Shown: piece by piece, positions 16,837 through 25,755 of the stretch
Position numbering within the stretch: position 1 is the first letter of the stretch
Layout: every line of letters starts with the position of its first letter
NCBI GenBank assembly: GCA_016930775.1
Contig: JAFGGB010000112.1
Coordinates: 1-63,782, forward strand
Source: Deltaproteobacteria bacterium
GTDB lineage: Bacteria > Desulfobacterota > Syntrophia > Syntrophales > UBA2210
Length of the DNA: 63,782 nt
Reading direction: 5' to 3'
The notes under the pieces: generated by a model
Told to the model about the DNA's origin: nothing
Seen by the model: the letters and a program-made list of their open reading frames with translations, nothing else
Databases searched by the model: none
Translations under genes and position numbers: made by a program

Positions 16837-18870
16837 CTATCGCGGATCATCCGCCAGGATATCGCGCACTTTCCTGGAGAGGTTCTGGTACGTGTAAGGT
16901 TTCTGGATAAAACCGCCGCAACCTCTGTGGAAGAGCTCCCGCGCCTCTCCATCGATGCTGTAGCCGCTCGAGAGAAGCACCTTAATCAACGGATTCACTT
17001 TCCTCAAGCGATCGAAGAGTTCGGCGCCGCTCATACCCGGCATTATCATGTCGAGAATCACAAGATCCACAGCCTTCACGTTTTCTTCGAAAAACGCCAG
17101 GGCTTCCTTTCCTCCGCAAAAGGCGTGGACTCGATAACCGAGAGCGGAGAGCATACGGGCGGCAACATCCAGAATGAGCTCTTCGTCATCGACGATGAGC
17201 ACCGTTTCAGTCCCCCGGAGAAGTTCGGACTTTTCTTTGACGCCGGCCGATGCCTCCCTGCAAGAAGCCGGAAGATAGATAGTGAAGGCCGAACCCTTCC
17301 CCTCCTCGCTGTAGACGGTAATGACTCCGCCGTGTTTTTTGACGATGCCGTATACCGATGCAAGACCCAATCCCTGTCCCTTCGATTTCGTCGTGAAAAA
17401 CGGCTCGAAAATTCTATTCTGCGTCGCTTTATCCATGCCGATGCCCGTATCTCTAACGCCGATTTTCACATATTTCCCCGACGGCAATTCAAAATGCCGG
17501 TTCGAATCATCGTCGCCGAATTCCTCATTCTCCGTTGATATAAAAAGCTCTCCGCCCCGGGGCATGGCTTCCCAGGCATTGATATAAAGATTCAAGAGCA
17601 CCTGCTCCATTTGATATCGATCCGCCTCAACGGTCCAGAGAGGCTTCTCCAAGTCCTTGTGAATTATTACTTCCTTTTTGGTTCGTCCAAACATATCGGA
17701 CGATCGTTCCACAAGCTCGTTCAGATTCGTAGAATTGACTTCGAACATGCCGCCCTTGGCGAAGCCGATGAGCTGTCGCGTCAATCGGGCGCCGCTCATT
17801 ACCTGGCTCTCGATGCCGTCCAGTTTTTCCCGGTGTGGATGGTCAGGATCAAGATCGAGGCGCATCAGGGAAGCTAAGCCCTGTATGCCCATAAGAAGAT
17901 TATTGAAATCGTGGGCGATGCCGCCTGCCAGCCCCCCCAGGGCCTCCATTTTTTGACTCTGGTAGATCTGTTCCTCCATGCGCTTAAGTTTCGTTGTGTC
18001 CCGAGCGACGCCGCATATTCCAAAAACCTTTCCGTCGCCGCCGACAAGAGGCGTTTTTATCACGTGAAAAGTTCTCTTATCGTTTATATCCAACCGAACA
18101 TCATCCGATTCGAAAATCGCGCCTGTTAGAACCTTCTGATCGGCTTCACGGATCTGGTCTCCATCCTTCTCTCCAAAGAGTCCTACATAGGACCTCCCTA
18201 TAACCTGATTCATGGGTTTCCCGAACAATTTTTCCATGGCAGGATTTATGAGGACATATCGAAAATCGACGTCTTTAATGAAAATACCGTCCTGTACTGA
18301 CTCAAAGAGCGCCCTGAACCTTGCCTCGCTTCTGCGCACTGATTCCTCCACCTGCCTGCGCTCTGAAATATCGCGGACAAGAGCTATAACCTGATGTTCG
18401 AGAACTGGCGCGAAACGCGCCTCATAATAATGAGCGCCTTTCCAATCATCAATGGAGTATTCCACCGTCAGGACAGATTCCGACATGTCCGCCTCTGCAA
18501 TGGCATCTGTGTATATTCGAGCTATATGGGGAGGAAACACTTCGACAACGGAGCGTCCTTGAATAGGCTGAGGAGGTATATATGAATGGTAGCTCAGCGA
18601 CTTGAAATCAAGGATTATCCCTTCATAATCGAAACGAAAGAACGCGTCGGGAAGAGCCTGGAGAACGGCCCTCATATCTGAATTGGCCTGCATCAGTTCC
18701 TGCGAGCTGAGATCCAGGGCCCTCTCCAGCATGAGCCTGTCTTCGTCGCCCTGCCGGTACGCGTCGTTTACATCGTTAATTAAACTTCGGCATTTCTCCG
18801 GAAGAGCTTCGAGATCGAGGTCGTGCCGTTTCAGCTGTCGCTTCAACAGGCGGTGCAGTTCTTCCTTCAT
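16837..18870 (-). CDS. Cytoplasmic PAS-PAS hybrid histidine kinase/response regulator
   Basis: H-box GGIAHDFNNLL, N-box NLYINA, DTGIGM, FEPFFTTK, GLGLA; receiver domain VDDE...DMIMP...QKP. Confidence 0.95.
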   Translation of the reverse strand: MKEELHRLLKRQLKRHDLDLEALPEKCRSLINDVNDAYRQGDEDRLMLERALDLSSQELMQANSDMRAVLQALPDAFFRFDYEGIILDFKSLSYHSYIPPQPIQGRSVVEVFPPHIARIYTDAIAEADMSESVLTVEYSIDDWKGAHYYEARFAPVLEHQVIALVRDISERRQVEESVRRSEARFRALFESVQDGIFIKDVDFRYVLINPAMEKLFGKPMNQVIGRSYVGLFGEKDGDQIREADQKVLTGAIFESDDVRLDINDKRTFHVIKTPLVGGDGKVFGICGVARDTTKLKRMEEQIYQSQKMEALGGLAGGIAHDFNNLLMGIQGLASLMRLDLDPDHPHREKLDGIESQVMSGARLTRQLIGFAKGGMFEVNSTNLNELVERSSDMFGRTKKEVIIHKDLEKPLWTVEADRYQMEQVLLNLYINAWEAMPRGGELFISTENEEFGDDDSNRHFELPSGKYVKIGVRDTGIGMDKATQNRIFEPFFTTKSKGQGLGLASVYGIVKKHGGVITVYSEEGKGSAFTIYLPASCREASAGVKEKSELLRGTETVLIVDDEELILDVAARMLSALGYRVHAFCGGKEALAFFEENVKAVDLVILDMIMPGMSGAELFDRLRKVNPLIKVLLSSGYSIDGEARELFHRGCGGFIQKPYTYQNLSRKVRDILADDPR

Positions 18871-20009
18871 TCCGACTCCGTAAAAGCCGTTACAGTCATC
18901 GTTTGATTATGGAGTTCACATGTACCGTCTTTCACGAACGGCGAAATTTCCCCGTAGGAGTAAAAGCCTGTCAGTGCTGCCTGTTGGCCAAGAACCTCCT
19001 GGACACTTTCAATTTCTTCCTCGACCCGCTGTTTGAGAATGAGCTTTCTCCCGACGCAACTTATTAGAACGGCGAGCTCGGGGCGATAGGGTCCCAGGGT
19101 TTTGCCCGTTATTTTGGCCGCTTCCATGGCTCCGTCAATCAACCGATCGAAATTGGCCTTCATGAGCCGCGCATAGGAACCCTCGGGCATATCACCAGCA
19201 AAAACCATGCCTTGGTCGTTTTCATTGATGGACAAGAGCGTACGCACCACAGGCGCCGCGCCAGTCGAGGTTCGAACGCTCAACGGAAAAAGAAGTCCCG
19301 AGGCGGGCAGATGAATTGCCTGTGCGCCGAGATAGGTTGTGTAAAGCTTCAGAGCCGATTTTCCGTCCAGTTCATAGAGAATGTTCTCTTTCGAGTGAGT
19401 CACGAGCCGCTCCGGACCAAAGGGATCCCAACCGCCGAAGGACCCGTACCCTACCTTGAGCCTAGTCCCGTAAAAGCCGAGGGCGGCGACAATATGGCGC
19501 TCCGCATATTCCCCGCACAGAACATAGGTTTCTTTGAAGCGATCGCTGTCGCCCGACAGTCCTCCCGTCACGGTCACCCCGGCCGGCAGGCCGCCCGAGA
19601 GACCTCTCACCAATTGGCTCCCGTTGATCTGCAGGCCCTCCGAAAGAACGATCACGTGGCGAAGGTCTTCCGCGGGGAAAAGACCCGCAAGTTCTTTGCC
19701 AACCTCATAACTATTCCCAGCGTCAGCTACAGTGATCTTTGCAGCCTTAACGGTCGTATCCTCAAAAGCAACGGCTGTTGCTGTACAGGCATTGTCATAG
19801 ACGGAAGGGCCGCAGATCTCGCCGGCAGTGGAACAGCCGAAAAGAAGCGCCTTGGGATATAATCGGGCAATCCGTCTGATCGCATCGCCGTTTTGCAGCG
19901 CATCACCGTTGCCAAAGATCATGACAAGCTGGGCGCTGTCGCCGAGTTTTGCTTCCTCTTGAGAATTCCAATCATCCCGCCCGGTCAAGAGATATTGTTC
20001 CGTCTTCAT
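18867..20009 (-). CDS. FIST N/C domain sensor protein (NosP-like)
   Basis: GCSTAGEI, GGLSGD, LISCVGR, GFYSYGEI, LHNQT; ATGA overlap with the kinase gene. Confidence 0.93.
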   Translation of the reverse strand: MKTEQYLLTGRDDWNSQEEAKLGDSAQLVMIFGNGDALQNGDAIRRIARLYPKALLFGCSTAGEICGPSVYDNACTATAVAFEDTTVKAAKITVADAGNSYEVGKELAGLFPAEDLRHVIVLSEGLQINGSQLVRGLSGGLPAGVTVTGGLSGDSDRFKETYVLCGEYAERHIVAALGFYGTRLKVGYGSFGGWDPFGPERLVTHSKENILYELDGKSALKLYTTYLGAQAIHLPASGLLFPLSVRTSTGAAPVVRTLLSINENDQGMVFAGDMPEGSYARLMKANFDRLIDGAMEAAKITGKTLGPYRPELAVLISCVGRKLILKQRVEEEIESVQEVLGQQAALTGFYSYGEISPFVKDGTCELHNQTMTVTAFTESE

Positions 20010-20180
20010 TGTTCCTCTTTTTACGCTATATTCGGCACTATCTGTTCATGACTTAAAGAAACTGCAACCGAAAAAGTCCACTGCCCTCCGCGAACGCTTC
20101 TTCACCGCCGACCAGTGTCGTTGCGCGGGCGCGATTAATCAACAGAGTTCATATTATCCGGAGAACAAAAACAACAGCCT

Positions 20181-21104
20181 CTACGTGCCAAGAGGTTCAA
20201 CATGGATCGTCGCCTCTATATTCAGTCGAGTCTTGAGGGCTTCTTCAACGGAATCTATCTTCTCATGGACACTTTCTATTTTTTCTTCGGGCGGGCAGAA
20301 AAGATGAAAGGTCACTTCCTTATGGTTACGGTAATTATGGATATGGAAGTGGTGGGGCCTGCATTCGTCACCGACAATATCATGAACGATCATCCTTATC
20401 CGGACCTCCAGCGCTCTGTCCATCCTTTCACCCAGAAGCATATCGGAGGTTTCTCTGAAAATGTCGATGGCGGCCTTTATTATGAGGATCGAAACGACAA
20501 GGCCGAGGACGCCGTCTGTCCACCAGAAGTAGGGGCTGAGGAAGGCGCCTGCCACGATAAGGGCCGAGGCTATGGCGTCACTGCGGTGATGCCATCCGTC
20601 TGCCGTCAGCGACGGCGCATCGATCTTTTTTCCCGCCCAGAAGGCAAACTGAGCCAATGCCTCTTTCAGAACAACGGAGGCAAGAAACACGGCTATGGCT
20701 GTCCGGCCGAAGACCGCCGCGTTGTGAACCCTTAACTGTTCAATGGATCTAACGATGAAATGAAGCCCCACCATGCCCAGCATTGTGCTTATCACAATGG
20801 CGCTGATGAACTCGGCCCTGCCGTGGCCGAAGGGATGCTTGCCATCGGCCGGCTTTCTCGCCATCCAAAAACCTATTATCACAACCATAGAGGTAAGAGT
20901 ATCCGAGAGGGTATGCCAGGCATCGGCCACCATGGCCACGGAAGAACTGGCTATTCCCACCCAAAGTTTCAGTGCGAACAGCGCCGTGTTGATTACAATG
21001 GAAATCCATCCCTCGGCAAAGCCGAGACTGCGGTCAGGTATCCCGACCGTCTTCGATGAAGGCGGGTCTTGTAACTCCGGAAGATCAGAAAGGCTCTGTT
21101 TCAT
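20181..21104 (-). CDS. Cation diffusion facilitator family transporter
   Basis: ADAWHTLSD, HPFGHGRAE, ADGWHHRSD, C-terminal IHVEP. Confidence 0.93.
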   Translation of the reverse strand: MKQSLSDLPELQDPPSSKTVGIPDRSLGFAEGWISIVINTALFALKLWVGIASSSVAMVADAWHTLSDTLTSMVVIIGFWMARKPADGKHPFGHGRAEFISAIVISTMLGMVGLHFIVRSIEQLRVHNAAVFGRTAIAVFLASVVLKEALAQFAFWAGKKIDAPSLTADGWHHRSDAIASALIVAGAFLSPYFWWTDGVLGLVVSILIIKAAIDIFRETSDMLLGERMDRALEVRIRMIVHDIVGDECRPHHFHIHNYRNHKEVTFHLFCPPEEKIESVHEKIDSVEEALKTRLNIEATIHVEPLGT

Positions 21105-21197
21105 CGTTCATAATCCCCCGGCAATGGCTTGGCTGTTTCGTCAACGATCGACGCCAGGGCTCCAAAAATAATGATACGTCCCTCCACAATCCTGTTC

Positions 21198-21860
21198 TTA
21201 GAGACGAACCACCTGCAGGCTTACGGCAAAAAAATGAAGCGTGCTTCCCAGCAGCACGAAACCATGCCAGATTGCGTGGCTGAAGGGAATGCGACGCCAG
21301 ACATAAAAAAATGTTCCCACCGTGTAAGCCATGCCTCCGCCAATCAGCAAACTCAATGCCGTTCCTGAAAGGTTGGCAATCAGCGGTCTGATAGCCGCAA
21401 CGACGGCCCAACCCATCGCAAGATAGAGGACCAGAGAGAGATTTCTTACACGGCTCAACCGGGTAAATTGGATAAGAATTCCCAGCAGGGCGAGTCCCCA
21501 GGTCGCCCCGAAGAGGCTCCATCCCCAGGGACCTCTCAATGTTATAAGTGTAAAGGGGGTATAAGTGCCGGCGATAAGGAGATAAATGGCCACATGGTCA
21601 ATGGTCCTGAGAATCTTCTTTGCCCGGGGAAAGGAAATGCTGTGATAGAGCGTTGAGGCTCCGTACAGGATGACAAGGGACGCAGCGAAAACAGCCGACG
21701 CCGCTATACGCCAGACATCGCCATAACGACTGGCCAGCATTATCAACACGACAAGGCCGGCGATGGCCCCCAGAACGCCAATGCCGTGGGTTATGCTGTT
21801 CGCAATCTCTTCACCGACGGTGTACCGTGGCGGGGTTGTCTCTTCTGTCATCGCAACCAT
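21198..21860 (-). CDS. Hemolysin III / PAQR family membrane protein
   Basis: EEIANSITHG, STLYH, DHVAIYLLIAGTYTP, HAIWHGFVL. Confidence 0.93.
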   Translation of the reverse strand: MVAMTEETTPPRYTVGEEIANSITHGIGVLGAIAGLVVLIMLASRYGDVWRIAASAVFAASLVILYGASTLYHSISFPRAKKILRTIDHVAIYLLIAGTYTPFTLITLRGPWGWSLFGATWGLALLGILIQFTRLSRVRNLSLVLYLAMGWAVVAAIRPLIANLSGTALSLLIGGGMAYTVGTFFYVWRRIPFSHAIWHGFVLLGSTLHFFAVSLQVVRL

Positions 21861-22141
21861 CCGAAACCTCTTTCTGGACCCGACAGATTTTCATTCGGCG
21901 GGCATGTCAAGGCGAATCTCTCGATACCGCGCCTTCGGAAATTTGTCAACCCTGATTACAGAAAACAAGAGGGCAGGATCATCAATCCCGCGGCAGGGAA
22001 ATCGTCGACTCAGACCTGCGGATTGTTCATGGTTGGCGGCATAGGAATGTCAATGGAAATCGGCCCATCATGCCCCCTGTTTGACTGAGATTAAAAAATA
22101 GCCAAACTGGAGGATAAGTTTAAAAATATTTCTTTCGAGGG

Positions 22142-23623
22142 CTATGCGACGGACCACAGAGTTTCCGTGGGCGAATCCTTCAGGATAACGCCACGCTCTG
22201 CGAGACTCTTCCTGATCTCATCGGCTCGACCCCAGTTTTTCTGAGTTCGCGCTTCCGATCGTTCAGCAATGAGGCTCTCTATCGCTGCAACATCAAGGCC
22301 ACGTTTCAGCACCTCCCGGTTTCTGTCGGCAATGAAATAATCGTCCGGATCGTCCGCCAAGAGACCGAGAACCTTGCCAAGCTCCTTGAGAGTTGAACGG
22401 CCGGCGGCGAGTACGAAGAGCGATTCGGGACTGCAGGCGCTCTTCAGTTCGGCGAAATAGCCATTAATAAGCCGGACAACGTCGAAGAGACATCCCAGGG
22501 CGCGGGCTGTATTGAAATCGTCGTCCATGGAATCTACGAAGCGTTCAGGAAGGGTTTCTATTTTCTCGTAGATTTCATGATCGAGACCCGAGAGGTTCCG
22601 AGGCATGATCTGAGAGCAATCAACATCAACGGACAGGGCGTCCTTGATCCCCTTCATGACGGCGTAGAATCGCTCAAGACCGGCACGTGCTTCCTGCAAG
22701 GATGTCTCGGTAAAGTCGATATAGCTCCGGTAATGACTCTGAAGGATGAAGAGCCGGAGGACCTCGGGATGGTATTTTTCCAGGATTTCCTCGATGGAAC
22801 ATACGTTGCCCAGAGATTTGGACATCTTCTCATTGTCAACCTTTATGAAGCCGTTATGAATCCAGTAACGGGCAAAGGGCTTCCCCGTTGCGGCTTCGGA
22901 CTGAGCAATCTCGTTTTCATGATGCGGAAATATCAGATCCTCGCCGCCGCCATGAATATCGAAGGTATCGCCCAGATAGCGCTGACTCATGACGGAACAT
23001 TCTATATGCCACCCCGGACGGCCCCTTCCCCAGGGGCTGTCCCACCAGGGCTCCCCTTCCTTGCTCGATTTCCAGAGGGCAAAATCGTAAGGATTCCTTT
23101 TTCTCTCATCGATCTCGACGCGGGCGCCCGCTTCCATGTCCTCAAGACGGCGACCGGAGAGTCTGCCGTAGTTCGGAAAAGACTCAACAGAAAAGTAGAC
23201 GTCGCCCTCTACGCTATATGCAAAGCCCTTTTCCAGCAGGGTAGATATGAGTCTGATCATACCCTTGATGTTTTCCGTGGCCTTTGGCGTAACCGTAGGT
23301 CTGCTCACACCGAGACGATCCATGTCATCGTTGTGCTTCTTGATGAATCTGTCGGAGACTTGGAAAATGTCCAATCCTTGCGATGCAGCCCTTGCGATTA
23401 TCTTATCATCCACGTCGGTGAAGTTTTTCACGAAGTTCACATTATAACCGCGATACTTCAGATACCGGTAAATTACATCGAAAACAACCGCCGACCGGGC
23501 ATGACCAACATGACAGACATCGTATGCAGTTATTCCACAGACATACATGCCCACGGCCCCAGGGTCACGTGGCATGAAATCTTCCTTTTGCCGAGTCAAT
23601 GTGTTGTAAAAACGCAAGGACAT
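22142..23623 (-). CDS. cysS: Cysteine--tRNA ligase
   Basis: MYVCGIT, HVGH, GRPGWHIEC, FPHHENE, KMSKS. Confidence 0.98.
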   Translation of the reverse strand: MSLRFYNTLTRQKEDFMPRDPGAVGMYVCGITAYDVCHVGHARSAVVFDVIYRYLKYRGYNVNFVKNFTDVDDKIIARAASQGLDIFQVSDRFIKKHNDDMDRLGVSRPTVTPKATENIKGMIRLISTLLEKGFAYSVEGDVYFSVESFPNYGRLSGRRLEDMEAGARVEIDERKRNPYDFALWKSSKEGEPWWDSPWGRGRPGWHIECSVMSQRYLGDTFDIHGGGEDLIFPHHENEIAQSEAATGKPFARYWIHNGFIKVDNEKMSKSLGNVCSIEEILEKYHPEVLRLFILQSHYRSYIDFTETSLQEARAGLERFYAVMKGIKDALSVDVDCSQIMPRNLSGLDHEIYEKIETLPERFVDSMDDDFNTARALGCLFDVVRLINGYFAELKSACSPESLFVLAAGRSTLKELGKVLGLLADDPDDYFIADRNREVLKRGLDVAAIESLIAERSEARTQKNWGRADEIRKSLAERGVILKDSPTETLWSVA

Positions 23624-23737
23624 ACACAATTTCTCCTGATCAATACTGCCTGCTCAGTGGTATCTGCCTCCGAACAGCTTCATGCGGCGGCACGCAACGC
23701 GGGGGACCGGGTGCTTTGATGGCGCCCCTTATCCGTC

Positions 23738-24775
23738 CTAGGGGTTAAGCGATATGCCGCCGAGACCCGCTCGTTCGTCGAACCCACAGAGAATATTCAT
23801 ATTTTGAACCGCTTGGCCGGCAGCTCCCTTAACCAGATTATCGATGGCAGATAGTATTACCACTCTCCCCGTCCGTTCGTCAACGGTGCAACCGATGTGG
23901 CAGTTGTTCGACCCCCTGACGGAGGAGATGTTTGGGAAGCATCCCGCGGGACAGAGGCGAACAAAGGGCTCGTTTCTGTAGAAATCATCGAAGAAAGACC
24001 GGATTTCCTCTGTCGACCGGGGAGATGAAAGCGTTGCGTATATAGTTGTCAATATACCCCTGTTGACGGGAAGGAGATGGGGAGTGAAGATCACCCGTAT
24101 CTCGCTGCCTGCAAGCATGCTCAACTCCTGCTCGATTTCCGGCCTGTGACGATGAGTTCCTATTTTATAAGCCTTAAATCCCTCGTTCACCTCGCAGAAG
24201 AGGGAATCGAGTTTGATGTCTCTTCCGGCGCCGCTTGTTCCCGACTTTGAATCAATGATGATCGATGCCTTGTCTATTGCGTCCTGTCGCAGAAGAGGCG
24301 CCAGTCCAAGGATGGCGCTTGTGGGGTAGCATCCTGGATTCGCCACGAGGCGCGCCTGCGCTATCGCCTTCCTGTGAAGCTCGGGGAGACCGTAGACAGC
24401 CTCGGCAAGCAGATCGGGGCTGCTGTGCGGGCAGTACCATTCCTCGAAAAGAGCCCGATCCCGGATACGGTAGTCGGCACTGAGATCGATAACCTTCTTA
24501 CCCGCAGAGAGAAACTGCGGCACAGCCTCCATGGCTTTGCCGTGTGGAACGGCAAGGAAAATCAAGTCGCAGGTTTCGGCAAGCGCCGCAGGCTCGGCAT
24601 CGATGAAAGCAAGATCCGTTTCTCCAAGAAAAACAGGATAAATTTTTGAGAGGTGCATGCCTTTGTATTGCCGTGACGTTACCGCCACTGGTTCCACCCC
24701 GGGATGACGGATAAGCAACCTGAGCAGTTCTTGACCCGTGTAGCCGCTCCCACCGAAGATGCCGATTCTGACCAT
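23738..24775 (-). CDS. argC: N-acetyl-gamma-glutamyl-phosphate reductase
   Basis: GGSGYTG, DLSADYR, ANPGCY, DNLVKGAAGQA; GGAGG RBS before ATG 24775. Confidence 0.97.
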   Translation of the reverse strand: MVRIGIFGGSGYTGQELLRLLIRHPGVEPVAVTSRQYKGMHLSKIYPVFLGETDLAFIDAEPAALAETCDLIFLAVPHGKAMEAVPQFLSAGKKVIDLSADYRIRDRALFEEWYCPHSSPDLLAEAVYGLPELHRKAIAQARLVANPGCYPTSAILGLAPLLRQDAIDKASIIIDSKSGTSGAGRDIKLDSLFCEVNEGFKAYKIGTHRHRPEIEQELSMLAGSEIRVIFTPHLLPVNRGILTTIYATLSSPRSTEEIRSFFDDFYRNEPFVRLCPAGCFPNISSVRGSNNCHIGCTVDERTGRVVILSAIDNLVKGAAGQAVQNMNILCGFDERAGLGGISLNP

Positions 24776-24789
24776 CGCTCTCCTCCCGC

Positions 24790-24818
24790 AAAAAAAAAGA
24801 GGAGGCCGTAGCCTCCTC
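24790..24818 (-). terminator. Rho-independent terminator after rplM-rpsI
   Basis: Minus strand GAGGAGGC-tacg-GCCTCCTC followed by a long T-tract. Confidence 0.9.
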
Positions 24819-24831
24819 ACTGTATCGCGCT

Positions 24832-25224
24832 TTACCGCTTTGAATACTGGAAGCGCTTACGCGCCCCTGGCTGGCCGTATTTCTTCCGTTCCTTAATCCG
24901 TGAATCCCGGGTCAGGAGACCGGCCTTCTTCAATGAAGGCTTAAATTCAACGTCCAATTCCACAAGCGCCTTGGAGATTCCATGTTTAACCGCGTCCGCC
25001 TGGCCTGACATGCCTCCGCCGCGCACACTCACCAGCACATCGATGCTGTTCTTTTTACCCGCAAGTTCCAGGGGCTGCCTGATGAGACGGCGGAGCACGT
25101 CGCGCGTGAAGTAATCGTCAAAATTCCGCTCGTTTACCATGATCACGCCGGTCCCTTCCTTGATGCGGACCCGTGCAATGGCCGTTTTTCTCTTTCCAGT
25201 GGCGTAAAAGACTTTCTCTGCCAT
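24832..25224 (-). CDS. rpsI: 30S ribosomal protein S9
   Basis: TGKRKTA, GGGMSGQA, ERKKYG, QYSKR. Confidence 0.98.
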   Translation of the reverse strand: MAEKVFYATGKRKTAIARVRIKEGTGVIMVNERNFDDYFTRDVLRRLIRQPLELAGKKNSIDVLVSVRGGGMSGQADAVKHGISKALVELDVEFKPSLKKAGLLTRDSRIKERKKYGQPGARKRFQYSKR

Positions 25225-25233
25225 CCCAATCTC

Positions 25234-25662
25234 CTAGATTTCCAAAGACTGAGGCATCTGGGCCTCGTGCCGGTGCTTATTCCCCCGGTAGACTTTCAGT
25301 TTCTTCAACATTCGACGGCCGAGAGAGTTTTTCGGGAGCATTCCCTTAACAGCTTTCATGATGAGTTTCTCGGGACTCTCGTCCAAGAGTTTCCCGGCAG
25401 AAATTTGCTTCAATCCTCCGGGGTATCCGCTGTGTCGATAATAGATCTTATCGGTCTCTTTCTTGCCGGTGAGAATCGTTTTCTCGGCATTAATCACAAC
25501 GATGAAATCGCCTGTATCTGCATGGGGCGTATAGATCGCCTTATGTTTTCCCTTGAGACGCCGCGCCACTTCAACTGCGAGGTGGCCCAGAACTTTGCTG
25601 TCAGCGTCAATGAGGTACCACTCCCGTGTCACATCTTGTTCTTTCGCAAAAAACGTCTTCAT
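25234..25662 (-). CDS. rplM: 50S ribosomal protein L13
   Basis: [23 protein letters not shown]. Confidence 0.98.
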   Translation of the reverse strand: MKTFFAKEQDVTREWYLIDADSKVLGHLAVEVARRLKGKHKAIYTPHADTGDFIVVINAEKTILTGKKETDKIYYRHSGYPGGLKQISAGKLLDESPEKLIMKAVKGMLPKNSLGRRMLKKLKVYRGNKHRHEAQMPQSLEI

Positions 25663-25701
25663 AATTCACCAGAGCTGATTCATTGAAAATCCGAAAGGCG
25701 T

Positions 25702-25730
25702 CTAATAGTCAATTTATCAATCTTTGTCAA
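25702..25730 (-). promoter_or_regulatory. Putative sigma70 promoter of rplM
   Basis: Minus strand TTGACA-N17-TATTAG. Confidence 0.55.
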
Positions 25731-25755
25731 GATAAATATCGGCTATGGCACGAAG

